A stretch of 64,000 bases of DNA from Camelus dromedarius. Lineage: Eukaryota. This document shows positions 25,422 to 37,640 of this stretch, in pieces. The stretch is from positions 13,332,001-13,396,000 of the forward strand of contig NC_087438.1 of NCBI RefSeq assembly GCF_036321535.1, in the 5' to 3' direction. Positions within the stretch are counted from its first letter, which is position 1. The number at the start of each line of letters is the position of its first letter. The notes under the pieces are model-generated. The model was not told the origin of the DNA. It made no database searches and saw nothing but the letters and a program-made list of their open reading frames with translations. Both the position numbers and the translations under genes were made by a program.

Positions 25422-25430
<9 letters not shown>
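23900..25430 (+). mobile_element. L1ME-like ORF2/3' UTR relics
   Basis: 'ctcaataaatggcattg' and 'aacttaaatgtctaccag...taaataacttgtggcacatctgtaaaatggagtactattca'. Confidence 0.65.

Positions 25431-25452
<22 letters not shown>
25427..25452. repeat. (CA)n microsatellite
   Basis: Seen directly. Confidence 0.95.
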
Positions 25453-25456
<4 letters not shown>

Positions 25457-27214
25457 TATAAATTTATATATCTGTTTAATGTTTTAGCTACTCAAAAGCT
25501 GAATAAAATTATATCAGGGGAGATTCATTCCAATGAGTGGAATTTTTAAAAATTCTGACGTGAATAATTAGGCTTATATATTATTTGCTGACTAAGAGAT
25601 GGAATGAATGCCTAAAACACTTCACTGTTCTCATAATATTTTGTCTGGGCAATTGATGGAAATAATGAAAAAGTTAGTATCTTAAAAAACTGTTGTGTGA
25701 TAATGTATAATTATTTGCTACTTAAACTGCATCACTTGAATTTTTATCTTTTATAAAGTCATTTAAATCAATATTTGAATTTTAGTGAAAGGGAGGGGAG
25801 GAAATAGCTATTCATCCCTAAATTATCCTTGCACACCTCTTTGTTAATATACCAAGGCATCCAATTTATAACACTAGGGGTTATGGAAACTTCTCTATTT
25901 GACTCACTATAGATAATCAGCTAGCAACTAAATCCTGATTATAAAAATCTCCCCCACGGTATGTGTGTGTATTAATTTTTTTTTAATATTAAGTAGATTT
26001 AAAGACTTTTCCTTGTTCTGCCAAGGCTGTTACATCATTAATTTAGTATTCCATCGTGTATATTTCATTGCAAAGTTTGCCAGGAGCATCTCTCGCCCCT
26101 GATGCTTGGGAGGTTCTTCTGGGATGGGACTATGAGTTTTCATCACTGTGGGCTTGGTAGGCACATAGCAGAGTGAGTGGCAATAATAGTTCGTTGAATA
26201 AATACATGGATATAAGATCTATCGCATGAACATGCAAATGAATGCACTGTGAATATTAAGATAATCATATTGGAAATTCCACTCTACTCTTTTCTTTTTT
26301 GGATTCAGAATAATTCTTACTTTTCTAACAGCGACATGGAGATGACTAAGGGTTTAGTCCAAAGCACTTATCTCATATCATATCTATTATCCAACAGCAG
26401 GAGGCCTTGAAGCTATGTATTTTCAATTACTCTATAATTGCAAACATTTCATGATTGAGTTCAAACTGAAAAACATGATTTTTCATGGATACAAAGTCTT
26501 ATCATTGCCAAGGTAGAGCCACCCCTGTGGCTATATTCAAACAGTCTTCAAACTCTTTACATTAAGAACTGTTTTTCATTTTCAGTTAGAGATGCTAAGA
26601 GGGGCAAAATATTAATTCAAGTGTTTTTCTTCTTTGTCATTATATTCATGATTTGTTGAGATGGAAGTTAGAAACAGGTAAATAATAACCCCTAACAGAG
26701 ATACAGAAAACTCCAAGAAGTTGGGGAAACATGAACATAGTGATTTAGGGCAAACAAAGCACTTTATCTTCATTCTCTGCTTAGCTCTTAGGGAGCTAGA
26801 TAAATCCAAATAAAAATACTTATTTGCATATGAATGGGTATTCTTGTGAATCTGACATTCTTGTGAATCTGATCCCTCTCAGAGACAGACCTCATTCAGA
26901 TGGACAGGCTTACACTAACCATACCTCCATTATAAAAAGTTTCCAGTTCTATCCTCCTCGAAATATAAAACTATACTACACCAAGTATGCTTTGTGTATT
27001 TGGTAAACTTCATTTGAAAGTATATCCAATTATGAAAAAGGCAAGAAATGGACTTCAACCCAAATTTTTTAGCATATCATTTAAAATTCCAGTAGGTCAT
27101 ATCAAACTATTTGATGACTTCAATAATAAAAATACTGATTTTTAAAAAATTCAGATATGACACAGTTTCCTTTTTAATCTTTTAAAAATAGAAGTATTTT
27201 AAAAATGATGAAAG

Positions 27215-27360
27215 TAATTATAATAAACATGTAAACAAATCTTTAAAAGAGTGTTTACCATGTCTCTGGCAGTGTGCTTAACAATTCATGGAAACTATCT
27301 AATTTAACAAGCTCTTTAAGGATGCTACCATTACTACTTTATTTTACAGATAAGGATATC
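27215..27360 (-). mobile_element. MIR remnant
   Basis: 'gagtgtttaccatgtc...ggcagtgtgcttaa...attttacagataagga'. Confidence 0.6.
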
Positions 27361-27369
27361 AGTCTCTGA

Positions 27370-28385
27370 ATTATTACCTTCCATTCTCCCCTAAACCAAT
27401 CCCAATCAAGCTGTCACCCTAACACTCCAAAAAAAGACTGTCATTGCCAGTGTCACAAATGACCTCCACTTGGAAAATCCAACGTGAACCTTAAATTCAC
27501 TTCCTATTTGGTCTCCTTGCAGCATTGATCATATAATACTTCTAAAAAAGTCTTTATTTATTTTAGGGACAACACATCCTTCTGTTCTTTCTTCCTTATA
27601 GCCTCTTCTTACATTATTTATAAGTTCATGATCATATCTCCAACCATTTAATTTTGAAATAGATGATCCTGGTTTAGTTTGGGGTCACTTTTGTTCTTTA
27701 TCCATATTTGTTCACTTGGTTACTAAGTCTTATCGCACAGGTTTAAATATCACTTAAATGCTTAGGACCCCCAAATTGTCTCACTCGTCCAGACCTCTAT
27801 CTTGAATTCCAGACTGAAAAAGTAACTAACTATTCAGTATTTTTACTTTCACATTCAATTGACAATCTCATATTAATATGCCCCAATGTGCACTGCTGGC
27901 CTTCCTATAAAATCACCCATTCAAAATCTGCTTTTATTGCAGTCTTCCATATTTTGTAAAAACAATCAGAAAAGTTTAATATCTTATAGTAACCTATGAT
28001 AAAAGAAAATATGAAAACAAATCAATGTATGGTGTGTATGACTGAAACATGCTGTACACCAGAAATTGACACATTGTAAACTGACTGTACGTCAATAAAA
28101 AAAAATGTACAAAGAAGCTCCACCCTTCTATTGACATAAGTGAGACTACTTGAATTTACCTCAACTTTTGTTTGTTTCACACCATGTGTCAAACCCAAAA
28201 GGGAATCCAATTAGCTTTACCTACATAATACATCCGCAATGTAACTGGTTCTTTTCACCATTACTGTTTCTCACCTGTCAACAGCCTGATGCATCAGTTT
28301 CCCATCTTCATGTTCAGTCCAGAAGCCATGGCCATCCTTGTCAAACATAATTGAGAATATATGATTCTTCAGCTCTGTACTGTTT
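27370..28385 (+). mobile_element. L2 ORF2/3' region interrupted by a young L1 tail
   Basis: 'gtcacaaatgacctccac...aaatccaa', 'gcagcattga', 'ccagacctctatcttgaattccagact'. Confidence 0.75.
27978..28106 (+). mobile_element. Young camelid-type L1 extreme 3' end with poly(A)
   Basis: 'tatgactgaaacatgctgtacaccagaaattgacacattgtaaactgactgtacgtcaataaaaaaaaa'. Confidence 0.88.
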
Positions 28386-29262
28386 CGCCTCCCTCGGAAA
28401 ACACATGCCCTATTATTTTTGGCCCAATAGCACAATATTTAGAGGTAAAAATTTATGTTTTATTTCATATACACAAATATTTTAGGCATTTCAGCATCTC
28501 TTCCCTTCAAATATTTATCACTGGTCAGCACAAACCTCAGATCACTACAGCATCTTCAGCAACCAGAAACAAATTCAATATAATATCATTTTGAAATAAG
28601 GAAAGGCTTTTGATGAATTCTGCCATTTTCAGAAAAACTATCTGGAATCTTATTCTCACAGTAAGGGAACTTCTTCATTTTCCCTTCAGGTGATCACTCT
28701 GATCCCACTCATCCTTGCAGAAAAACTCCCTTCAGGGAAGAAATAAGTAGTGAGATATACAAAGCCTTGTGATTCTGCATTCCCCTATTTTATTTTTTGG
28801 CATCTGCAAGCAAAAACAAGGACACTTTCATAAATGTATGTTTCATAAATAATTTAGGAGAAGAAGGAATACCTTTTTAGATACTTCTGTTAAGTTACCA
28901 GGAAATGTCTTTCAATACTGTTTCTTACAATTTGTATGCAAATACTAAGAAAATCTAATCCTTTTAAAATATGTGTATTTCCAATAATTTCATAGGGGCA
29001 AACAAAAAAGTGGTTACAATGTGGGGGTGTAATTGAAACAACCCAAACAACAGAGCCAAGTAAAGGATATAATGCCCTACAGATATTAAACAGTTGATAT
29101 GTGAATGATACTGTTCTATATGTTTATATGTATTATCTCATTTAACTTCAGCAAGAATTATTAGAGCTAACAATTAGACTCAATTGTGCTGATTCTGAAA
29201 ACAAGGATCTTAACCACTATGTAACCATTCTAAAAAGCTATTGATTTCAATAACAACTTTGG

Positions 29263-29390
29263 TTTCTTGAGCAAGTTGCTAAAATAACTGTGCCCCTTGG
29301 TTTCCTCCTCTGTCATAGGTTTATGATCATTGTATCTATGGAATTGCCTGAGGATTAGATGAGTGAATATATGAAATATCTTAGTATTTA
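29263..29390 (+). mobile_element. MIR core
   Basis: 'cttgagcaagttgcta...ctgtgccccttggtttcctcctctgt...tgaggattagatgag'. Confidence 0.65.
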
Positions 29391-31039
29391 CAGATTGAGA
29401 ATGTAAAACATATAAATATTAAGGAGGAAAAGGAAGTAAAAAAGAAAAAAGATATCTTCTTTTAGGTTCCTTAAACATTAGATATCATTAAAATTTCACT
29501 TATGCATGCATATATTTATAAGGAAGGAGGGTACGTGGGTATTAAGGTATAAATTAAGTGCTTCTAATTAGAATTGTTAGGGTTTTCCTTAATCAGAGAA
29601 TTGCAATACATTTTACTTTGTGAGCAGGCATGATCTCATTTAGGAACACTGTCAAGAAATTTGTTTTCAGTCATTATAATGGAAATTAAAAAAAAAAAGA
29701 AAAGAATAATCACTTAACTTCAGCAGTAGTTTTAAATATATTTCATTTTATTATCAGCCTTTAAATATCTATTTTGAAAGAGTACATCTCTGATTAACAT
29801 AAAATCAAGAAGACGTTTGATAATTAGCATTCTATTAACAGGGTTTTTTTTCTTTTTTCTTTTCTGCAGGTCAGGCTCTTGCAAGCTCTGGCAAATTAGT
29901 GTTTATTCAAGATTTAATGCCATTGTCAATTCAGATTCTTTAGCTAGAAAAGGCAAATGTGATTTCATTAACCTGAAAACCTTAATAACTAATTAAAATC
30001 TCAGCCTTCTGGCCAAGTTCTGAGACATTTATTCTATTTAACTCAGCAACCAAATATTGTTAGTCACTTTCTTCTGAGAAAGGTGACGGTAATTTATTGG
30101 CACTATAAGGGTGTTTTATAATCTGAAACCTAATCAGCCTTAACAAAAGATTTTGTACTTGGCACGGCTCAAACATTTTGCTCAATGACTTACTAAGAAA
30201 TACCACCTTCTATTGTATTTCTGCCCTAATTTACTGCAATAATTTTGTATGTCATGTATTTATTCAGTTCATATGTTTCAGACTGAAAAAATGTAAAATA
30301 AAAAAGCTAAGTATTATAACATGAATCTCTAAAATTTACTCATATATATTAGATTATAAAACTAAATAGGTTGTAGATTATCACTATTTCTAAATTGAAT
30401 TGGATTAACAGATATATGAACTGAAATCTTTTTATTCTATAATTGCTTATTCTTAATAGACACATGAATTGAGCCTGTGACTGAGAGCATGAGGCTATAT
30501 AAAAGACATAGGTCAGGTGTACAATACTATTTTCCTAAATTTTGATTTGGCACACTGTCAGTAGAAAGAATGAAATTGGTGGGATGGCTACTGGATTTTG
30601 GAAATATATCATACATGTGATAACATTAAAGTACTTAAATCATCACTCACTATGTCTAACTATATTTTTTACACTTCCCAGCAGTATTTGTAAAATTAAT
30701 AGAACCTTCTTAGGAAGTTAATCTTCTTAGAATACACAATAAATTGGTATTCTCCTACTTTAGTTCATCTACTCTTTTAAAATAATTATTTGTCAACCAT
30801 GAAAATCAGCAGGAGAGAGAGTTTATGAAAGGAAGTTTAGATATGCATATGTTGTGCCTCTGAGAGACCCAGTAAGTTATGAAAGATTTCATAGATAATC
30901 ATGATTGTCATACAATGTCATTTCAGTGACATGAAGGGGTCAAAACCAGTTGGAATAAAATAGCATTGGTTGACAAATCAGTTGGTTCATTAATTCAGTT
31001 TATAGGTTAGATGGCTCCTATGAGTCCCTTATTCATAAA

Positions 31040-32650
31040 CTCACATTAGACTACTTTTTCAGGCAATTTTCTTGGTAGGGCATATACAGTGATGAGCAAA
31101 GGAAGATCCAGAGAGCTTAGAGTCCCACATGGAAGACTGCCATTAACCCAGAATTTCCCCCAATTTTAGACAATAATTGTGGTGAGAGCTGGCTACAGTG
31201 ATGAGTTTGTAATAGAGCTGTTGTTTTGCCTGATTCAGTTAAGTTTCCTCTGAAGAAGTGGATACTTTAAGAGAGATTTTAGGACTCACATTGGGCATAC
31301 CTGGTGAGATTTTAAATATTCAAAAAAACTGAAAGGAAGTTCAAGGATGATTCCTGGGTTGTTGGTTTTGAAAGCAAGATGGATGTCAGCATTAACTGCT
31401 GGAAATAATAAATATCAGAAATTGACCACATCTGTGGAAGGTTATAAGTTTATTTTCGGATATGTGTTATATAAATATATGTGTTACATATGTATAAAAT
31501 ATTTTGATATAAATAAAAATGTGGCAAACTGCAGAAATATGTAGATATGAACTTCACTAGGTATCTGGCTTCAGGAATCATTAGAGAGTAATCTGTATGT
31601 AAGTGATAATTGAATCTTTGAGTGTAGAGAAGTTCCTTTGGGACAAAAAAATAACTTGAGAAGACACTAGGTCATAAAGTAAGTATTGAAAAACTTCGAT
31701 GGGGGAGAGATAAAGTATGAAAAGATAGTAGAAAAGAAATAGAAATCATTTGAAATACAAAAGTGAAGGGAAGAAAAAGTTCAAAGAAAGAGGGTGTACT
31801 TATCATTGTTAAATGCTGATGAGAGGCTCAGTACCAAGAACTAATATTTTTTGTTGTTGAAGATAATGTATGATACAGTTTTGATGGAGTGACATTACGG
31901 AAGAGTCATTTCAGCAAAATGAAAATGAACTCAAGGCTAGTTTGGAGTATAAGGAATGAGAAACAAGACAACACAGTGGGATTGAAAACTCTTTTGAGAA
32001 CTTTAGTGACACATAGGTAGGAAAAATAACTTAGTATTATACAGAGCAACATCTTAGAAAGGAAAATAGGGCCCTAGGAATTGCTTTCATTTTAATGGAC
32101 AAGACTTTGTTTTTTGTTTGTTTGTTTGTTTGTTTTTAATTTGAGGGAAATTATTACACTAAATAAGAAAAGTTTGAACTGACAGAATGAAGAGAAGATA
32201 TGTTTGATAATGTACATTTCTTATACTTTGAATAATTTGAAATTCAATGAACAGATAAAATAATTTGTTTTTAAAGAATAGGAGATACTGGTGTTCTAGT
32301 GTAACAAAGCTGAGGGTTTAAGAAACTGGTTTTAAGTTTAGTGTTTGAAATATGAAGCCACTGTAATATTAAATTACTAGGTTTCTCTAAAATATTTCTT
32401 GAGAGTGAGTATATATTTGATGGTGGCAATGGAAAGGACGAATTCTGATACTATTTCAGAAAGTGGAATACAATTAATATTGTTATTGAAGGGACTGGGA
32501 GAGAAAATAGATCAAAGAGACATTTTGGAATTGTTGGAGACTTCTGTGAATGATATTTTTTAGACTGGTGATCAATCATGGCAATCAAATGAAATATTTA
32601 CTATAATACCAAGGAGTCAGAAGCACCAAGAGGTAATGATGCCCTATAAA
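31040..32650 (-). mobile_element. Degenerate L2 fragments
   Basis: 'caaggatgattcctggg', 'aaatgctgatgagaggctcagta', 'cagttttgatggagtga'. Confidence 0.6.
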
Positions 32651-33325
32651 GGATATAGAAAGTAGTGGATTGAAGGACAAAGATGAGATTTTGTTTTAAT
32701 TTTAGGATTGTAATTGTTTATTTTCTAATATAAAAGTTTTATGTTACATAACAATACACACCTACAAGTAAACCAATTTTTAATCAACATGAAAGTGTAA
32801 CAGTATTTTGTTGAGTCTAATGATGCAACCATGTTTATATTTCCTTGAATTGAAAATGTCCCTTTGGTTTTTCTCTAGAGTTGATATCTGCCGGATATTT
32901 TTATTTTAGTATTCAGACATACATATGGTTACTCTTTCCATCTCTCTAGTACATCTACACTAGACTAGTGCAGCTCTACTAAACCCTATCTTCTAAATGA
33001 CTAAGTATAATTTTATATTTCCTCATGAGGTAGCCTTCTGGCAGCCTCTCCTCACCTTAATCCAATCAGAACTCTATTTTCAGTGACTTTTGATATATTT
33101 GATAATCCTTGACTTTGAATTGCCCCCTCTTTCACTGGATCCTTATTCATGTATCCATGTCTTCTTTTTTGCTTATTCTCTTATATTGATGAGTAAGTCT
33201 GAATAATTTCATCAGAAAAAATACATATAAGAAAAAAATTTTACATCTATCATCTGAAGCTATGAACTGGATATCCAGTTGATTCAAGAGCTTTGTTTAA
33301 AGTGTTGAAAAAAAACTTTATTTGG

Positions 33326-33350
33326 TGTATGTGTGTGTGTGTGTGTGTGT
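33326..33350. repeat. (TG)n microsatellite
   Basis: Seen directly. Confidence 0.95.
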
Positions 33351-33354
33351 TAAC

Positions 33355-33625
33355 CATGTAGTTGTAGTTATTTTCCTGGACTCTCTGATTTGTTCCATTG
33401 ATCTATTTATGGATCCTTCCTCAAACTTTCACACTGTCTTTATAATGTCTTAAAACATATATTGTAAATCTTTCATATGTGTACTTCCTTTAAAAAATGG
33501 TTTTGCTGTTTTCAGTCCCTTAAATTTCCATTTATATTTTAGAATCAATTTGTCATTTATACAAGAAAAGGTCAGAATTATGATTGGAATTGCATTGTCT
33601 ATAGACCAATTTAGGGAACTTTGAG
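33355..33625 (-). mobile_element. Old L1 ORF2 fragment
   Basis: 'tgttccattgatctattt', 'ttttagaatcaatttgtca', 'tgattggaattgcattgtctatagaccaattt'. Confidence 0.7.
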
Positions 33626-35401
33626 AATATGTGTTTATATATTCTCAGGTCAAAACTTAATCAAGGAATGTCCAATACTGCTGAGTTGGATATCATAATT
33701 TTTATAGAAATACTGTGAAAATGTCTCTCATTTTTACCCTTTTTAAACTATAATTTTATAGTAGTTAGATATGCATTTTCTTTTATAGTAGGTTGAGTGT
33801 GAATGGGGCAGATAATTTGTCTTTTTCATTTCACAGATTTAAAATTGGAGAAGAGTGTACTCAAGAAAGTTCACCGGAGGATCCTCACCCTGATTCCCAA
33901 TGATTCATGTCCCTCTCATTTGCAAAATGTGCTCATTCCCTCCCAAGTTCCCCAAGAATGTTGCCCAATTACAGCATCAGTTCAAAGCCTCACAGTTTTA
34001 TCAGTCCCTTTGGATTTTGTCAAAGGAATTCAATTTTAAAATTAGATAAAATTCCTCATAAAAATGTTGTTAAATAAAAAACTGTAACTCTTAGAAAGAG
34101 TCCATGACCAGTGGAAGGGCTTGTTTTTACCTTATTTAAGTCAATCTCTGTATCAGCTGATGATATTATAGTTGCCACCCTTCCCCAATTTGAAGACATA
34201 TATTGAAAGAACTTTTTGTTTATATTTTCCTTATTAAAATGAATATTCTCTATGTACATTTTTCTATTTTATAATATCTACCTATAATTTGGGCAATTTT
34301 TATGAAGATTACACTTTTTGTTCTCTATTATGTCATTCAAATATTTAAATGATATTTTCTTACTGATGTAAATAGGAATTAGGAATGGAAATAAATAGCT
34401 TAAATAAATGTTATTAAAATTGTTTTTTACACATATTATGAAACTAAAGTGAAGAGACTCATAATATTAATTGTTGTTATTGCCAAATAGTGGAAATAAG
34501 TTTTTCTGCATGTACTTTAATTTCACATAAAAATAATAATCTGTTTTTAACATTTATTGCAATGAAATAATCATTAAAACCATAGGTTAGTTTAATAATC
34601 ATTAAAATAATAATTCCTATGTGCTTAAAAGAAACATAGTATAGCTTCAGAGAATATTTACAAAATTGGAGTTGGAAAGCAAATGCATTAATGCATGAAC
34701 AATATAAAGATATATTAATATATTGGGGTAAACTTTGATTTACTTATTTTAAAATGGTTAGACTTACTGGTTCTTAAAATAAAATGCAAATTAAAATATA
34801 TCTTTGATATTGAGACATTTTTCTTTCCACTATTAAATTTATATTGAGAAAATTGACCTTGTTTATTTTAATGGAACAATACTGGGCTTTCAAATATCCA
34901 TTCTGAAGAAACTAAAAATAAGAAATTTATTTGGCTACTAATTTGCCTAAAGATAAATTCTTGATACTGTTTTTATTATAAAAACTAACCTACTTTGTAT
35001 TTATCTTTAGCATTCCAAAAACAATTTCAAAATTAAGTTTGTATTCTTCTGCTCCAGGCTTGTGAAAAGTAATGAAAGCTCTACTGTTTTTATGAGGAAA
35101 AGATTTAAGAGTTAAGAAGCTGCAGGCCAATTAAAATGCTTCATTTAAATATTTTGAAGACTTTCAGTTAAGATGGCTCAAACCCTACCTGGAGTACTCT
35201 TTAGAACTTACCATTTGTTCAGAATAAAGTGGGGAAAAATCAACTCAAAGGAAAAAGTTTAATGGAAAAAAGAAACTGTCCTCCCTAAGGCTTAACAGAG
35301 CTTATATAATTCATTCTGCAGGCTTTCGTAGAGGTAATTCCTTTCAAAATGAAAGGGAGCTCCTCGTCGTTTTTTGGATACTACATGTAAGACTAAAGGA
35401 G

Positions 35402-35888
35402 TGTGAAAAATACGGCAAACCATATCAGTAAACAAAGAATGCTGAAGCCTTCAAGTCATCAGCGGCTGCCCCACCCCCCAGGGAAGACAAGCCTGCAGCC
35501 CGGCCTCAGCAGCCACTCACAATGGTGCACCCTGAGGGGACTCAGAATAAGAAAGGACAGGACACTGGCCCTAGATAGCTAGATGCTTGTCAAAGGAATG
35601 AATTCAATGAGCCTACATGTTTGCTTCCTCACATACATAGAAAAGTACTAAATTCTTTGACTTGAGATGCCTGGTTTTCTTTAGATAACAAGGAATCTTT
35701 TATTGTTCCAACTACCTGGTCTTTGTTGTAAAGCTCCTATATATCCTAGTTCCTCCCCTGCCTCTTCGGAGCCGTCCCTCAGAGCGATCTGAGAGGCTGT
35801 CATCGCGGGCTGAAAGGGGTTCTCAGAAATGTGCGCCAAATAAAACATAACTCTCAACTTTCAGGCTGTGCATTTATTTCAGTCGACA
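35402..35888 (+). mobile_element. ERV1-type solo LTR, same family as 6177-6664
   Basis: TG...CA ends; TSD ggag/agag; TATA-like 'cctatatat'; 'aataaa' near 35838; many CpGs retained. Confidence 0.9.
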
Positions 35889-36164
35889 AGAGCAATCTAA
35901 ACACTCTGAACACAAAAGAGAACCTGATACACTATATTCTCAACTTTAATACACAGAGCCATATACGGTCTTAATTTGGCTCCCTATTGTTTTTTATATT
36001 GTACTTTCCCCCTATATCTCTATCCTATGACTCAATCATCCCAAAACAGATTTTGTTCTCAGTATATTCCCTGTTCTCTCTACCATGTCTTTGAAAATGA
36101 AGAGTAAGTTTGTTTCTACATTTTCCCCAGTGAAGTTCCAGACGTGCCATGCGGCTCACATGGA

Positions 36165-36320
36165 CGTAGAGTCCATGAATGGGCACGGGATGGATCTCCC
36201 ATGAATTTCTTAAAATTGTATACATAAGCTTTTGTATGTACACATATATGGCTTTCTCAAAATAATGTCTTTAGCATCTTTAAGTTGTTATAGAGGCCCC
36301 AATACACAAAATTATCACTA
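36165..36320. mobile_element. hAT-Charlie MITE relic, MER103C-like
   Basis: 'gtccatgaatgggc...ccatgaa...aaattgtatacataa...tgtatgtacacatatatg'. Confidence 0.5.
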
Positions 36321-36809
36321 ATTTTTATTTATGTATTCAGTTCCAATTTTTCTATAATATACATTAAGCACTTTTCGGATTAATACAAATATTTACTCTT
36401 CACCATATTATTTTCAGATCAAAAACATTACATGATGCATGGAAATGTTTAATAATTATTTTTTGAATGTTTGAACAAATAAAAAGCCCAGCAATTGACT
36501 TGGGGGCTGAAGTATGAAGACGTTAACTTACTTGCTCAAGGTTACTTAGCTAGTATGTGTCAAGAGAGACAGGCACCTCTCATCTGTCTGATAGCATGTC
36601 CAAGTGGGAATATTTAAACTTCCAAATTAGTAAAAGACACACTTGGAATTTCAAGATGTCTACTGTGTTGCTTCCACAAAGAAATACTCTCTGGCCTCCA
36701 ACTCTTGGCCAGCCTGAATTAGCTGCTCCTTTTACCCTCTGCAAATCTTCATCATTATACGTAACATTACATACTGCAATTTGCAGTGACTTGTAGGCAA
36801 CTCACCTCT

Positions 36810-36948
36810 GCAAAGAGTTAAGTTCTCATGCTATAAAATACTCCTACTCAAGCTGATTTGTAGCTACCGAAGTGATGTCATAGAGCTCAGAAAATTGAAC
36901 ATGGTTGGTTCACACATGCTGCTGTTGGCTGGCTTCAGCACATAAATG
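36810..36948 (-). mobile_element. hAT-Blackjack MER63-like relic
   Basis: 'aaatactcctact...gctgattt..agctacc..agtgatgtca...gctggcttcagcaca'. Confidence 0.55.
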
Positions 36949-37169
36949 TGTGCTTCTTAATTTCCAACGATGAACTGGTATGACTTTGTTATCCAGTGGG
37001 TTAGTCCTTTATTTACTCCAAAGTAGATATGCCTTAATTGGATGAGAGTATGAAGCAGTACATTTCAATACATGTTTCTCAGATTTTAAGCAAGAAATGC
37101 TAGGAGGGTACATAGGAACACTTAGCCTATAATATGAGGATTCTTTGGAGCATGGGCTCAATAGGTACT

Positions 37170-37640
37170 GCTGTGAAGGGACTTGGAAGATAAATTGATG
37201 GAATTAAGGTTCCTCCTTTAATGACATTTAAAAAGAGAGATTATCCTGGATTATCTGGATGGGCCAAAGATAACACAGAGACATGTAAAAGCAGAACAGG
37301 AAAACAGAAGAGTCAGAGAGCTAAAAAATGTGCGAAGGAATTGACCAGTCATTGCTGATCTTGAATACGAGGTAGCAAGGGATGCAGGCGGCATCTAGAA
37401 GTTAAGAATGATGCCCTTCCAATGGCCGGCAAGGAAATGGGAACCCAGTCCTACAACCCCATGAAACTGAACTCTGCTGACCACCTTAATTAGCTTAGAA
37501 GTGGATTCTCCCCCTGAGGCTCAGATAAGAGTCCAGCATGATTGATACCAGACTTCGGACCCACAGAACTGTGGGACATAAATAAATGTTTTAAATCACT
37601 AAATGTGCAGTAATTTGTTGGCATAGTAGAAACTAATACA
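37170..37640 (+). mobile_element. MaLR MLT1D-like LTR
   Basis: 'gagattatcctggattatctggatgggcc', 'gcaaggaaatgggaacccagtcctacaac'; ends 'gaaactaataca'. Confidence 0.85.
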
